DNA of 64,000 nucleotides from an uncultured Gammaproteobacteria bacterium (GTDB lineage: Bacteria; Patescibacteriota; Patescibacteriia; S139-126). Shown here piece after piece: positions 27,986-37,316 of the stretch. The translations under genes and the position numbers were made by a program. The notes under the pieces are model-generated. The model was not told the origin of the DNA. It was given only the letters and a program-made list of their open reading frames with translations, and searched no databases. The stretch spans positions 473,513 to 537,512 of the forward strand of contig CAZBLW010000001.1 in assembly GCA_964493305.1 (NCBI GenBank). Reading direction: 5' to 3'. Positions within the stretch are counted from its first letter, which is position 1; each line of letters starts with the position of its first letter.

Positions 27986-29032
27986 TTAGTATAGATAATC
28001 AACTAAAAAAACAATTAGACCAATAACCGCCATCACTGCTGATATAATCCAAAAACGCATTACTATTTTAGGTTCAGGCCAGCCGATAGCTTCAAAATGA
28101 TGATGTACTGGTGCTGACAAAAAAACTTTTTTACCAAATATTTTTTTAGCGATAATTTGTACAATTACGGATAAAGTTTCTAAAACAAATAAAAAACCTA
28201 TAATTGGTAAAAGTAAGACACTATTGGTCAGCATGGCCACAATCCCCAATGTAACACCTAAAGACATGGCGCCAGTATCTCCCATAAAAAATCTGGCAGG
28301 ATTTATATTAAACCAAAGAAAAGCCAACAAAGCTCCAACAATCGCTCCACAAAAGGCTGCTAAATTATACTTACCTTGAACAAAGGCAATAGCACCAAAA
28401 GCGGAAAAAGCCGCCAATAAACCACCACCGGCTAAACCATCAAGACCATCTGTTTCATTAACTGAAAAAGCGGTAGCTACAATAATAAAAATAAAAATAG
28501 GTATATACCAAATACCAATACTAAAATTTCCCAAAAAAGGAACATGGATAATATCCCAATCTAACTTGTAATAAAACCAATAAGCACCAGCAATGGCAAT
28601 TAAACTATAAGCCAATAATCGATGTTTTATTCTTAAGCCTCCACCATCTGAACCTAAGCCTTTAATATTTAAAAAATCGTCAAATAAACCTATGATCGCA
28701 CTAAAAATAAGAGCCCCCAATGGTAACCAGGTTTCAGATCTGGTCAAAAAATTTAGATCACCCAATGATTGCCATTCAGTTAAATGCCAAAAAGCATTGA
28801 TTAACAAAGCAAGGGTCAAAACCGTCAACCATACCAAAATACCACCCATTGTTGGTGTGCCTGATTTTATTTGGTGAAGTTTGGACATGATCGGAGCTGT
28901 TACTTCCGTACGAATACGTTTACCTAATTTATATTTATATAAAAAATGCGTTAATAAAGGTGTAAAAGCAATCGCCATTATAAAAGCTAAAACGGTTATA
29001 AAAAAAATTTTAATAATAGCGATCTCAATCAT
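27986..29032 (-). CDS. mraY: Phospho-N-acetylmuramoyl-pentapeptide transferase
   Basis: DDFLNIKG, MGDTGAMSLG and PVHHHFE are MraY signature blocks. Confidence 0.9.
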   Translation of the reverse strand: MIEIAIIKIFFITVLAFIMAIAFTPLLTHFLYKYKLGKRIRTEVTAPIMSKLHQIKSGTPTMGGILVWLTVLTLALLINAFWHLTEWQSLGDLNFLTRSETWLPLGALIFSAIIGLFDDFLNIKGLGSDGGGLRIKHRLLAYSLIAIAGAYWFYYKLDWDIIHVPFLGNFSIGIWYIPIFIFIIVATAFSVNETDGLDGLAGGGLLAAFSAFGAIAFVQGKYNLAAFCGAIVGALLAFLWFNINPARFFMGDTGAMSLGVTLGIVAMLTNSVLLLPIIGFLFVLETLSVIVQIIAKKIFGKKVFLSAPVHHHFEAIGWPEPKIVMRFWIISAVMAVIGLIVFLVDYLY

Positions 29033-29040
29033 AAAAAACC

Positions 29041-29445
29041 TTAATTAAAATAAAAAATAATAACTAAAAATAATCCGAAAGTTAAAAAAATATTTAAAAC
29101 TGATGAGTACACTGCCAACCAATAAAATAGTTTTTTATTATGTTTATACCAAAACAGTCCCAAACCAAAATTCACAAACGACCAAATCAAACCCAGTAAT
29201 GGATACAAATACAAATAATAATTAGGTCCGTACCAATCTATACCATAATATATATTGTAATGTAGCGGAACAATTGCTTGATCTACTTTAATCCTGAAAT
29301 ATAACCAAAGAAAAATTAAAACTAAAAACAGTAAATTAACAATAAAAAAAATCGCTTTTTTCCAAGCCAAATTACGATTAGTAAATATATTAATCATAAC
29401 TATATCATCCAATAAAATATGACTTAAGTCAATACAAAACCACAT
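29041..29445 (-). CDS. Polytopic membrane protein, hypothetical (first gene of the dcw transcription unit here)
   Basis: Four predicted TM segments. It is coupled to mraY. Confidence 0.4.
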   Translation of the reverse strand: MWFCIDLSHILLDDIVMINIFTNRNLAWKKAIFFIVNLLFLVLIFLWLYFRIKVDQAIVPLHYNIYYGIDWYGPNYYLYLYPLLGLIWSFVNFGLGLFWYKHNKKLFYWLAVYSSVLNIFLTFGLFLVIIFYFN

Positions 29446-29465
29446 TTTGGTAATTTTTGAAAATA

Positions 29466-29474
29466 TGTTATAAT
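29466..29474 (+). promoter_or_regulatory. Putative extended -10 promoter (TGtTATAAT) upstream of pilB
   Basis: TGTTATAAT lies at 29466-29474, 17 nt before the pilB ATG, in the only intergenic gap (divergent from the dcw operon). Confidence 0.3.
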
Positions 29475-29491
29475 TTATTCAAAATAAAACC

Positions 29492-31225
29492 ATGCTTAAC
29501 TCAACTGTTATTAAAAAAGTTCTTTTGAGTCAAAAATTGATTGACCAAAAAACTTTTGAAAAATTGCAACAACAATCAGAAAAAGAGGGCACAAACCTAC
29601 AAGAACTCGTACTCGATCAAAAAATTATTTCCGAAGAAGCGCTTTATGAAGCTGCCGCCCAGCAGCTTAATCTTTTTTTTATAAACTTAAAAGGTAAGGT
29701 AATTAGAAAAGATATTTTATTTTTAATTCCCGAACCAATTGCCCAGACCCACAATGTTATTGCTTTTGATTTAGAAGATGAGCTATTAAAAATTGCCACT
29801 ATTGATCCCAGTGATTTACAAACCTTGGAATTCATCAAGAAAAAAACTGGATTAAAACTAGAAGTTTATCTTACCGTCCCCAATTCTATAAAAGAAGCAC
29901 TAAATCAGTATCATAAGGGTCTAAAAGCTGAATTTAATGATATAACCAGTATTTCGGAAAACGGTGAAGCTACTTCCACTAGTCAAGATTTGAAAGAACT
30001 AGCAGCTGATCTGCCAGTGGTAAGAATTGTTGATACTCTTTTAGAGTACGCTATCTTCGAAGGAGCCTCTGATATTCATATCGAACCAATGGAAAAAGAG
30101 TTATTGGTCAGATATCGCATTGACGGTATTTTAAGAGATGTAATGACTCTTCCCAAAAACGCTCAAGCCGGAGTCACCGCCAGAATAAAAATTTTAGCCA
30201 ACCTAAAACTTGACGAACATCGTCAGCCCCAAGATGGTCGTTTTAAAATTTCTACAGATCAATATAAAGTAGCATTTAGAGTTTCAATTATCCCGGTTTT
30301 TGACGGAGAAAAAATTGTTATGCGTTTACTGAATGAATCGAGTCAAATTCTCACACTTGAACAATTGGGCTTTCACAAAAGATCTTATGAAATTGTTAAA
30401 ACCAATGTTGCCAAACCTCACGGTATGATTCTAGTAACTGGCCCGACTGGTAGTGGTAAAACTACTACTTTGTATACAATTTTAAATATTCTAAATACAC
30501 CAAAAGTCAATATCGCTACCGTCGAAGACCCGGTTGAATATCGTATGCCCAGAATTAATCAATCTCAAATCAACACCAAAGTCGGTTTTACTTTTGCTTC
30601 AGGATTACGATCGCTGTTACGGCAAGATCCGGATATAATCATGGTTGGTGAAATAAGAGATATTGAAACTGCTGAAATTGCTATTCATGCTGCCATGACC
30701 GGCCATCTAGTTTTGTCTACTTTACATACCAACGACGCCGTTTCTACCCTACCCCGACTCCAAGATATGGGTATTGCCAGTTTTTTAATTGCTACTACTA
30801 CCAACTTGATTGTCGCTCAACGTTTAGTCAGAAAAATTTGTACCAATTGTATTTATTCTTACAATCTAAATAAAGAAAACATCAAGGAACTAGAACAGCG
30901 CTATAATATCGATTCGCTACTAAAAACATTAGTGGAAGAAAAGGTTATTGATTCGGTTGATATTCCTCTTACCGAACTATTGTTCTATCGTGGCAAGGGC
31001 TGTAAGCAGTGCAATAACAATGGTTATAAAGGCCGTATTGGAATTTATGAAACCTTAGAAATTACTCCTGAAGTTCAAAAACTAATTATGCAAAAAGCAA
31101 CTGCCAGAGAATTATTTGAAGCTGCCAAAAAACAAAACATGTTAACCTTATTTGAGGATGGCATTATCAAAGCCAAAAATGGTATTACTACCATTGAAGA
31201 AATTATTAGAGTAACCAAAGAATAA
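29492..31225 (+). CDS. pilB: Type IV pilus assembly ATPase (GspE/PilB family)
   Basis: Walker A GPTGSGKTTTLY, the Asp and His boxes and a tetracysteine motif are present, with an N-terminal GSPII_E N domain. Confidence 0.9.
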   Translation: MLNSTVIKKVLLSQKLIDQKTFEKLQQQSEKEGTNLQELVLDQKIISEEALYEAAAQQLNLFFINLKGKVIRKDILFLIPEPIAQTHNVIAFDLEDELLKIATIDPSDLQTLEFIKKKTGLKLEVYLTVPNSIKEALNQYHKGLKAEFNDITSISENGEATSTSQDLKELAADLPVVRIVDTLLEYAIFEGASDIHIEPMEKELLVRYRIDGILRDVMTLPKNAQAGVTARIKILANLKLDEHRQPQDGRFKISTDQYKVAFRVSIIPVFDGEKIVMRLLNESSQILTLEQLGFHKRSYEIVKTNVAKPHGMILVTGPTGSGKTTTLYTILNILNTPKVNIATVEDPVEYRMPRINQSQINTKVGFTFASGLRSLLRQDPDIIMVGEIRDIETAEIAIHAAMTGHLVLSTLHTNDAVSTLPRLQDMGIASFLIATTTNLIVAQRLVRKICTNCIYSYNLNKENIKELEQRYNIDSLLKTLVEEKVIDSVDIPLTELLFYRGKGCKQCNNNGYKGRIGIYETLEITPEVQKLIMQKATARELFEAAKKQNMLTLFEDGIIKAKNGITTIEEIIRVTKE

Positions 31226-31226
31226 T

Positions 31227-32459
31227 ATGCCAGAATTTGCATACACAGCCCGTACCAAAGAGGGCGAAACAAAAAAAGGCATTATTGAAAAAGCTTCTAG
31301 AGAAGAATTAGAGACATATTTATCTAGTCGCGATTTAATATTGACTCAAGCCAAGGAAATAAGTAATTCTACCAGTTTTAAAGATTGGATCAACAAAATC
31401 AACAATTACTTGATTGATATCTCCGGAGTCCCCAACTCAGAAAAAATATTTTTTACGCAAAATTTATCGGTCATGATAAAAGCCGGTATCTCTTTATCAC
31501 AAGCGCTGCATACTCTAGCCACCCAAACTACCAATAAAAAATTACAAAAAATACTACTTGATGTCCAAACCAATGTAGAAAAAGGACGATCACTGGCTGA
31601 TAGCTTACAACCTTATGTAAAAATTTTTGGTGAACTGTATATTAATATGCTGAAAACCGGTGAAACTGCCGGTCAACTTGAACAAGTGTTAAAACAACTA
31701 ACTTTACAAATGAAAAAAGACCACCACTTGGTATCCAAGGTTAGAGGTGCCATGGTTTATCCAGCCATTGTGGTTACAGCTATGATCGTAATTATGATTA
31801 TAATGTTTATTTTTGTTATTCCACAGATTACCGGAATTTTCAAAGAAGTAGAGGCTGAATTACCACTCCCCACTAAAATATTAATTGCCGTATCCGACTT
31901 TATTGTCAACAATGGGCTGTTGGTTGCTTTTTTAGCAATCACCGCCGTCACAACATTTATAAAATTTATTCGTAGTAAAAAAGGTCGGGTTATCTGGCAT
32001 AAATTTACCCTGAAACTACCAATCATCAGTCCCATTTTAAAAAAAGTTAACTTAGCAAGATTTTCTCGCACCACAAGTTCGTTACTTAAAACTGACATAC
32101 CAATTACAGAAAATTTTTCCATAACCGGAAAAGTCCTGGGCAACAGCTCTTATAAAATTTTATTGAGTCAAGCTTCCGAAGAATTAAAAAAAGGTGTAAG
32201 TATTCACACCACTTTGGAAAAACGACCTGATCTTTTTCCTCCAATTGTTATTCAAATGATAGCTGTTGGCGAAGAAACTGGATCTCTTGATAATATCTTG
32301 GAACAATTAGCCGTTTTCTATGAGGAAGAGGTTGATCAAACTATGAATAATTTGACTGCTACTTTAGAACCAATTTTGATGTTATTACTTGGTCTAGGTG
32401 TAGGCAGTATTGCTGTGGCTGTTATCATGCCTATGTATTCTCTAACACAACAATTTTAA
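31227..32459 (+). CDS. pilC: Type IV pilus platform protein (GspF/PilC family)
   Basis: Two GspF repeats with three TM segments. It is coupled to pilB. Confidence 0.85.
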   Translation: MPEFAYTARTKEGETKKGIIEKASREELETYLSSRDLILTQAKEISNSTSFKDWINKINNYLIDISGVPNSEKIFFTQNLSVMIKAGISLSQALHTLATQTTNKKLQKILLDVQTNVEKGRSLADSLQPYVKIFGELYINMLKTGETAGQLEQVLKQLTLQMKKDHHLVSKVRGAMVYPAIVVTAMIVIMIIMFIFVIPQITGIFKEVEAELPLPTKILIAVSDFIVNNGLLVAFLAITAVTTFIKFIRSKKGRVIWHKFTLKLPIISPILKKVNLARFSRTTSSLLKTDIPITENFSITGKVLGNSSYKILLSQASEELKKGVSIHTTLEKRPDLFPPIVIQMIAVGEETGSLDNILEQLAVFYEEEVDQTMNNLTATLEPILMLLLGLGVGSIAVAVIMPMYSLTQQF

Positions 32460-35284
32460 TGACTATAAAAAATAATAAAGCTTTCACTTTATTAGAAATA
32501 ATTATCAGTTTAGGCTTGATGATTATGGCGGTTTTGGCAATTTCTAGACTATATGCCGCTTATCTGCAACTTACTGCTAATGAAAAATTTAAAATAACTG
32601 CTTCGGCTTTAGCTAATCAAAAAATTGAAACAATCAGAAACCTACCTTATCACAAAATTGGTACACTGGGAGGGATCCCAGCGGGTTCAATCTTGCCATC
32701 AGAAACAGTTACTAGAAATGGTTACGACTATACGGTTCAGACCGAAATTTTATATATTGATGATCCCTTTGATGGCACTTACAGTCCTGGTCAAGTTAGC
32801 AACCCTTATAACATCAATAACCCTGAGGTAATTTTTTACTGGAATGCAAACAAAACCACCAATAACCAACCACCCCAAAAAGGATCAGGTGTGATTACTA
32901 CCCCCACTTCTTTAACTACAGCCAATGGGGTTATTGACAAAGGAGCTTTTTATAACCCTGGCAATCAAGCTGACTATACAAGATTTGATGTCACTAACAA
33001 TATTGATTTGGCCAGAGGTAGAATAGGTTTTTGGTATCAAGCAACCAACAAAAATATTAGTAGTGATCGATATTTATTCTATTTAGGTGGCTGTACTGGT
33101 GAATTTTCAGTTAAAAGAAAAAATTCCAATAAACTAGAGTTACGTTATGGTCAAACTGTTGGTATGACACCAGCTGAGTATTTATCAACCAACCCTATTC
33201 AATGGGAGTTGGGCCGTTGGTATTTTATTGAAATTGTCTGGAACTCTGCTGAGAATGAAATACTATTATTACTAGATAACGAAGAAATTGGTTTTAGAAC
33301 CGGTGATACTTTTAATCCCCCAACTAATTGTTCTTCTGCTTTTATTGGTAACTCTAGTATTTATGGTACACAAAACGCTGATGGTATTATTGATGAAATT
33401 TATATTCTTAACAATCCCTTTCCAACCAATGTACCACAGGATTTTTTAAATACTGATTATAAAAGAGTTAAAGTAACTGTCTCTTGGCAAACTCCATTTG
33501 GCTTACAAAGTATTTCTATGTTAACGGATGTTGCTCCGGTTGGTATTGAATCAACTGATGGGGGCGGAACTTTAATTATCAATGTTTTTAACAGTGAAGG
33601 TCAACCAGTGCCACAAGCCTCGGTTAATATCACAAACCAAGAAATTATACCCATTGTTGATTTACAATTAACTACAGACGATAACGGACGTCTTTTGATT
33701 CCCGGAGCACCTGCTAGTGATAAATACAATATATCAGTCACCAAAACAAACTTTAGCACTGATGCTACTTATGAACCAACTATAGATTTCCCTACTCCGT
33801 TTAGACCTCAAGTAAGTGTAATTGCTTCGCGTAGTACAGAAGTTAGCTTTGCTATAGATTTATTTAGTACTTTAACTATTAAATCTGTCTCACGTGATCT
33901 GCCAGGTAACTGGGAAATGAGTAACGGTCCCACCTCAACACCTTATTATGAAGGTAAAATAATTGCCGGTAGCAATGTTTTTTTCAATGTGTGGCAAGAT
34001 TTTCGTGATGATTTAAACAACCCAAAAACTTTCGGTCAATCCTATACTTTTACAGGTGACAAAATATGGAGTAATGATATAGCTATTGCCCAAGCTCCAC
34101 AACAAAGTAAAGCTGATCTAACAATAGATGAAAACGACAATTTTTATACTGTTTGGCAAAGTAATTATTTAGGTCAGTATGACATTTTTATCAACAAACA
34201 TAATAGTTCTGGTATTGATTTATGGAGTGGTCAAAAAAAAGCTACCCAAAACAACCTCTCGCAAAAAATTGACCCTCAACTTACTTACGCAAGTGGCACG
34301 ATTTTTGTTGTTTGGCAAGATAACCGAGACGATACAGGTGATATTTATCTAAATATATTGGATCAAAACGGTAATTACCAAATAGTATCTGATAGTAAAA
34401 TAAACACCGATCTTGGCAATGCGGTTCAATCTCAGCCAAAAATTGTAGCCGATACAACCAATAACGCTTTGGTTGCTTGGCTAGACAATCGTAATGGTTT
34501 AAAAGATATTTATCTTACTAAAATTGATCAAACTGGAAATAAATTGTGGTCTAACGAATTAAAAGTTAATTCAGAAATACCCAGTATAGATCATGACAAT
34601 TTTTCTTTAACCACTGACCAAAATAATAATATTTATATTACTTGGTCTGATGATCGGACTGGACAAGCAAATATTTATTGGCAAAAAATCGATACCGATG
34701 GAAATAAATTATTTTTTATTGATCAAGAACTAATAACTCAAGCAAACTTAGCCCAACAAACAAATCCAAAAATTGTTTGTGACCTAAATAATGATCTATT
34801 TATTGTTTGGCAAGATAATCGCGGTGGCCAACAAGATATCTTTACCCATAAATTGGATTCTGACGGCAACACTATTTGGCCGCAAGAACAACAAATCAAT
34901 TTAAATAGTGAGGGCGACCAATATTTAGTAGATATTACTATTTATGAAGGTACAAAATTGGCATTATCATGGACTGATTGGCACACAGATTATCCCTCAG
35001 TCTGGAATGCAACTTTAGCTGACCAACTAACAGAAAATATAATTCCAAACTATGATTTTATATTATCTGGAACAAAATTAATTTATCAAGAACCTGACCA
35101 ATTAAAATATCTAGCTAACTTAAAAACAAATTCACAAGGCGAATTAACAATCACAAACTTAGAATGGGATTCTTATCAAATTACCAATAATGATACATTT
35201 TATAATCTATTGATGTCAGAACCCATTTTACCATTTTTAATTCCGGCTGGTACTAGTACGATGATAAAATTAATTGTCAATTGA
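32459..35284 (+). CDS. Giant type IV pilin-like protein (class III signal peptide) with lectin-like jelly-roll, beta-sandwich and propeller-like repeat modules; candidate adhesin
   Basis: The N-terminus MTIKNNKAFTLLEIIISLGLMIMAV has Glu at +5 and a hydrophobic helix. Downstream are W/Y/F-rich jelly-roll-like blocks, a CarbopepD_reg-like segment and at least five ~45-aa repeats (..vWqDnR.G..DIY..KiD..GNklW). Confidence 0.7.
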   Translation: MTIKNNKAFTLLEIIISLGLMIMAVLAISRLYAAYLQLTANEKFKITASALANQKIETIRNLPYHKIGTLGGIPAGSILPSETVTRNGYDYTVQTEILYIDDPFDGTYSPGQVSNPYNINNPEVIFYWNANKTTNNQPPQKGSGVITTPTSLTTANGVIDKGAFYNPGNQADYTRFDVTNNIDLARGRIGFWYQATNKNISSDRYLFYLGGCTGEFSVKRKNSNKLELRYGQTVGMTPAEYLSTNPIQWELGRWYFIEIVWNSAENEILLLLDNEEIGFRTGDTFNPPTNCSSAFIGNSSIYGTQNADGIIDEIYILNNPFPTNVPQDFLNTDYKRVKVTVSWQTPFGLQSISMLTDVAPVGIESTDGGGTLIINVFNSEGQPVPQASVNITNQEIIPIVDLQLTTDDNGRLLIPGAPASDKYNISVTKTNFSTDATYEPTIDFPTPFRPQVSVIASRSTEVSFAIDLFSTLTIKSVSRDLPGNWEMSNGPTSTPYYEGKIIAGSNVFFNVWQDFRDDLNNPKTFGQSYTFTGDKIWSNDIAIAQAPQQSKADLTIDENDNFYTVWQSNYLGQYDIFINKHNSSGIDLWSGQKKATQNNLSQKIDPQLTYASGTIFVVWQDNRDDTGDIYLNILDQNGNYQIVSDSKINTDLGNAVQSQPKIVADTTNNALVAWLDNRNGLKDIYLTKIDQTGNKLWSNELKVNSEIPSIDHDNFSLTTDQNNNIYITWSDDRTGQANIYWQKIDTDGNKLFFIDQELITQANLAQQTNPKIVCDLNNDLFIVWQDNRGGQQDIFTHKLDSDGNTIWPQEQQINLNSEGDQYLVDITIYEGTKLALSWTDWHTDYPSVWNATLADQLTENIIPNYDFILSGTKLIYQEPDQLKYLANLKTNSQGELTITNLEWDSYQITNNDTFYNLLMSEPILPFLIPAGTSTMIKLIVN

Positions 35285-35907
35285 TGAAAAAAATAATTAT
35301 TTACAACCAAACTGGTTTTTCTTTACTTGAATTATCTATTACCTTAGGTATTTTTATAATTATTGTTTTAGCTTGGAATAATTTTACTTTACAAAATTTA
35401 CGAAGTACTGCTTTTGGTCAAGAACAACTGGAAGCTATCAGACAAGCACAAAAAGGTATTGATGTTATGGCTAAAGAATTAAGAGAACTAACTACGGCTG
35501 AAAACGGCGCTTATCCTTTGGAATTGGCCGGTGATTTTGAAATTATATTTTATTCGGATATAGATCAAGATGTTTATGCCGAAAGAGTACGTTATTTTTT
35601 GGAAGATGATATTTTAAAAAAAGGCGTAACTGAACCAACCGGAGAGCCTTTAACTTATAATCCTACAAACGAAATAGTTTCTACTATATCAGAACATGTG
35701 CGAAATGATACTTTACCGATTTTTACATATTTTAATGGTGACTATCCTTATGACACCATCAATAATCCTTTACCCGCACCTGCTCGTTTGATTGAAACAA
35801 AACTTATTAATGTTTTTTTACGAATTAACATTGATCCTCAACGAGCACCAGATGATTTTGATTTACATACTGATGTTCAATTACGCAACTTAAAAACAAA
35901 TCTTTAG
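35281..35907 (+). CDS. Minor pilin/pseudopilin (prepilin-type N-terminal cleavage/methylation domain)
   Basis: MMKKIIIYNQTG|FSLLELSITLGIFIIIV is a canonical G-FxLxE motif. Confidence 0.7.
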   Translation: MMKKIIIYNQTGFSLLELSITLGIFIIIVLAWNNFTLQNLRSTAFGQEQLEAIRQAQKGIDVMAKELRELTTAENGAYPLELAGDFEIIFYSDIDQDVYAERVRYFLEDDILKKGVTEPTGEPLTYNPTNEIVSTISEHVRNDTLPIFTYFNGDYPYDTINNPLPAPARLIETKLINVFLRINIDPQRAPDDFDLHTDVQLRNLKTNL

Positions 35908-35908
35908 C

Positions 35909-37303
35909 ATGAAAAAAAAATTTTTAAAAAATATAACAAAAAATTTACAAGGCAACGTGCTTGTTTTGATTGTAGTTTTTACAGGTATTTTTTTAGTAAT
36001 TATCACTGGTCTAATGGGTGTAGTTTTTTATCAAAAAAAATTAAATGATCAATACGTTGCTCAAATACAAGCTCTTCACATCGCTGAGGCTGGTATTAAT
36101 TATTATCGTTGGCACTTAGCCCATGCCCCAGATGATTTTTCTAATAATACGGGTCAACCTGGTCCTTATATTCATGATTATATTGATCCAACAAGTGGTA
36201 GTATAGGTAAATTTAGTTTGAGTATTGATTCACCTGACATTGGCTCAACCATAGTCACTATCCGTTCCACAGGCTGGACTAATGATTATCCAAATTTAAA
36301 AAGAACAATTGATGTTAAATATGGCAAACAGTCTTTGGCTCGTTACTCTTATCTAACTAATTCAGATATTTGGTTAGGCCAAAATGAAGCTGTGTCAGGT
36401 GAAATGCATGCTAATGGTGGTGTAAGAATGGATGGAACCAATGACTCATTAGTTACCTCAGCTAAAGAAACTTATATTTGTACGACTTCTCATGGTTGTT
36501 CTAATGAAGAAAAACCAGGTATTTGGGGTAATGGCCCAAACAATGATCTCTGGGATTTCCCAGTACCAGAAATTGATTTCAATACTTTGACATTGGATTT
36601 GGCAAACATGAAAACAGCCGCCCAAAACAATGGGCATTATTATCAACCAAGAAACTACGGCTATTTAGTTTCTTTTCGCAATAACGGTACTTATGATATT
36701 TACAGCGTTACCAGACTTTATCCGGCTATACAACAAATTAATGATAACTTTACAGCTTACGAATACAAAGCCGAACAAATCGAACGAACTGTCTTTATCG
36801 GTAATTATAATTTACCAACTAATGGTTTAATATTTATTGAAGATGATGTTTGGGTACAAGGAACCTTAAATGGTAAAGTCACCTTAGTTTCGGCTAGTTT
36901 TCCTGATACCCCACAAACCAATACTAGTATTTTTATAAACGATAACCTTAGATATTTAGCTCGTGATGGCAACCACAAATTAGGAATAATTGCCCAAAAA
37001 AACGTGCAGGTTCCTAGACACGCTCCCACTAATCTATACATTGACGCTGTTTTACTTGCACAAAAAGGACGAGTTTATCGTGGCTTATATGGTAGTCGTT
37101 TGATAAAAAATTATATAGAGGTTTATGGAGGAATTATTACCAACAAAATTTGGACTTGGAGTTGGGTATCAGGTACTAATATAATAGACGGATATACTAA
37201 TACCAATAGTATTTTTGACAGTAAACTAATTTTTTCGCCACCACCATATTTCCCTACTAGTGGCGATTACTCATTTATCACTTGGGAAGAATTATCAAAT
37301 TAG
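35909..37303 (+). CDS. PilX-like minor pilin (PilX_N-type N-terminus lacking Glu+5) with large C-terminal domain
   Basis: An N-terminal hydrophobic helix is followed by QALHIAEAGINYYRW, as in PilX_N. Length is 464 aa. Confidence 0.5.
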   Translation: MKKKFLKNITKNLQGNVLVLIVVFTGIFLVIITGLMGVVFYQKKLNDQYVAQIQALHIAEAGINYYRWHLAHAPDDFSNNTGQPGPYIHDYIDPTSGSIGKFSLSIDSPDIGSTIVTIRSTGWTNDYPNLKRTIDVKYGKQSLARYSYLTNSDIWLGQNEAVSGEMHANGGVRMDGTNDSLVTSAKETYICTTSHGCSNEEKPGIWGNGPNNDLWDFPVPEIDFNTLTLDLANMKTAAQNNGHYYQPRNYGYLVSFRNNGTYDIYSVTRLYPAIQQINDNFTAYEYKAEQIERTVFIGNYNLPTNGLIFIEDDVWVQGTLNGKVTLVSASFPDTPQTNTSIFINDNLRYLARDGNHKLGIIAQKNVQVPRHAPTNLYIDAVLLAQKGRVYRGLYGSRLIKNYIEVYGGIITNKIWTWSWVSGTNIIDGYTNTNSIFDSKLIFSPPPYFPTSGDYSFITWEELSN

Positions 37304-37316
37304 GTATAATGTAAGT

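Noticed and set aside
34100-34900. Nucleotide-level periodicity inside the giant pilin gene. I considered it as a DNA repeat, CRISPR-like or mobile element.
   Set aside because: The periodicity is at the protein level (degenerate ~45-aa repeats) inside an intact ORF. There are no identical DNA direct repeats with unique spacers, and no transposase, integrase or cas genes in the window.
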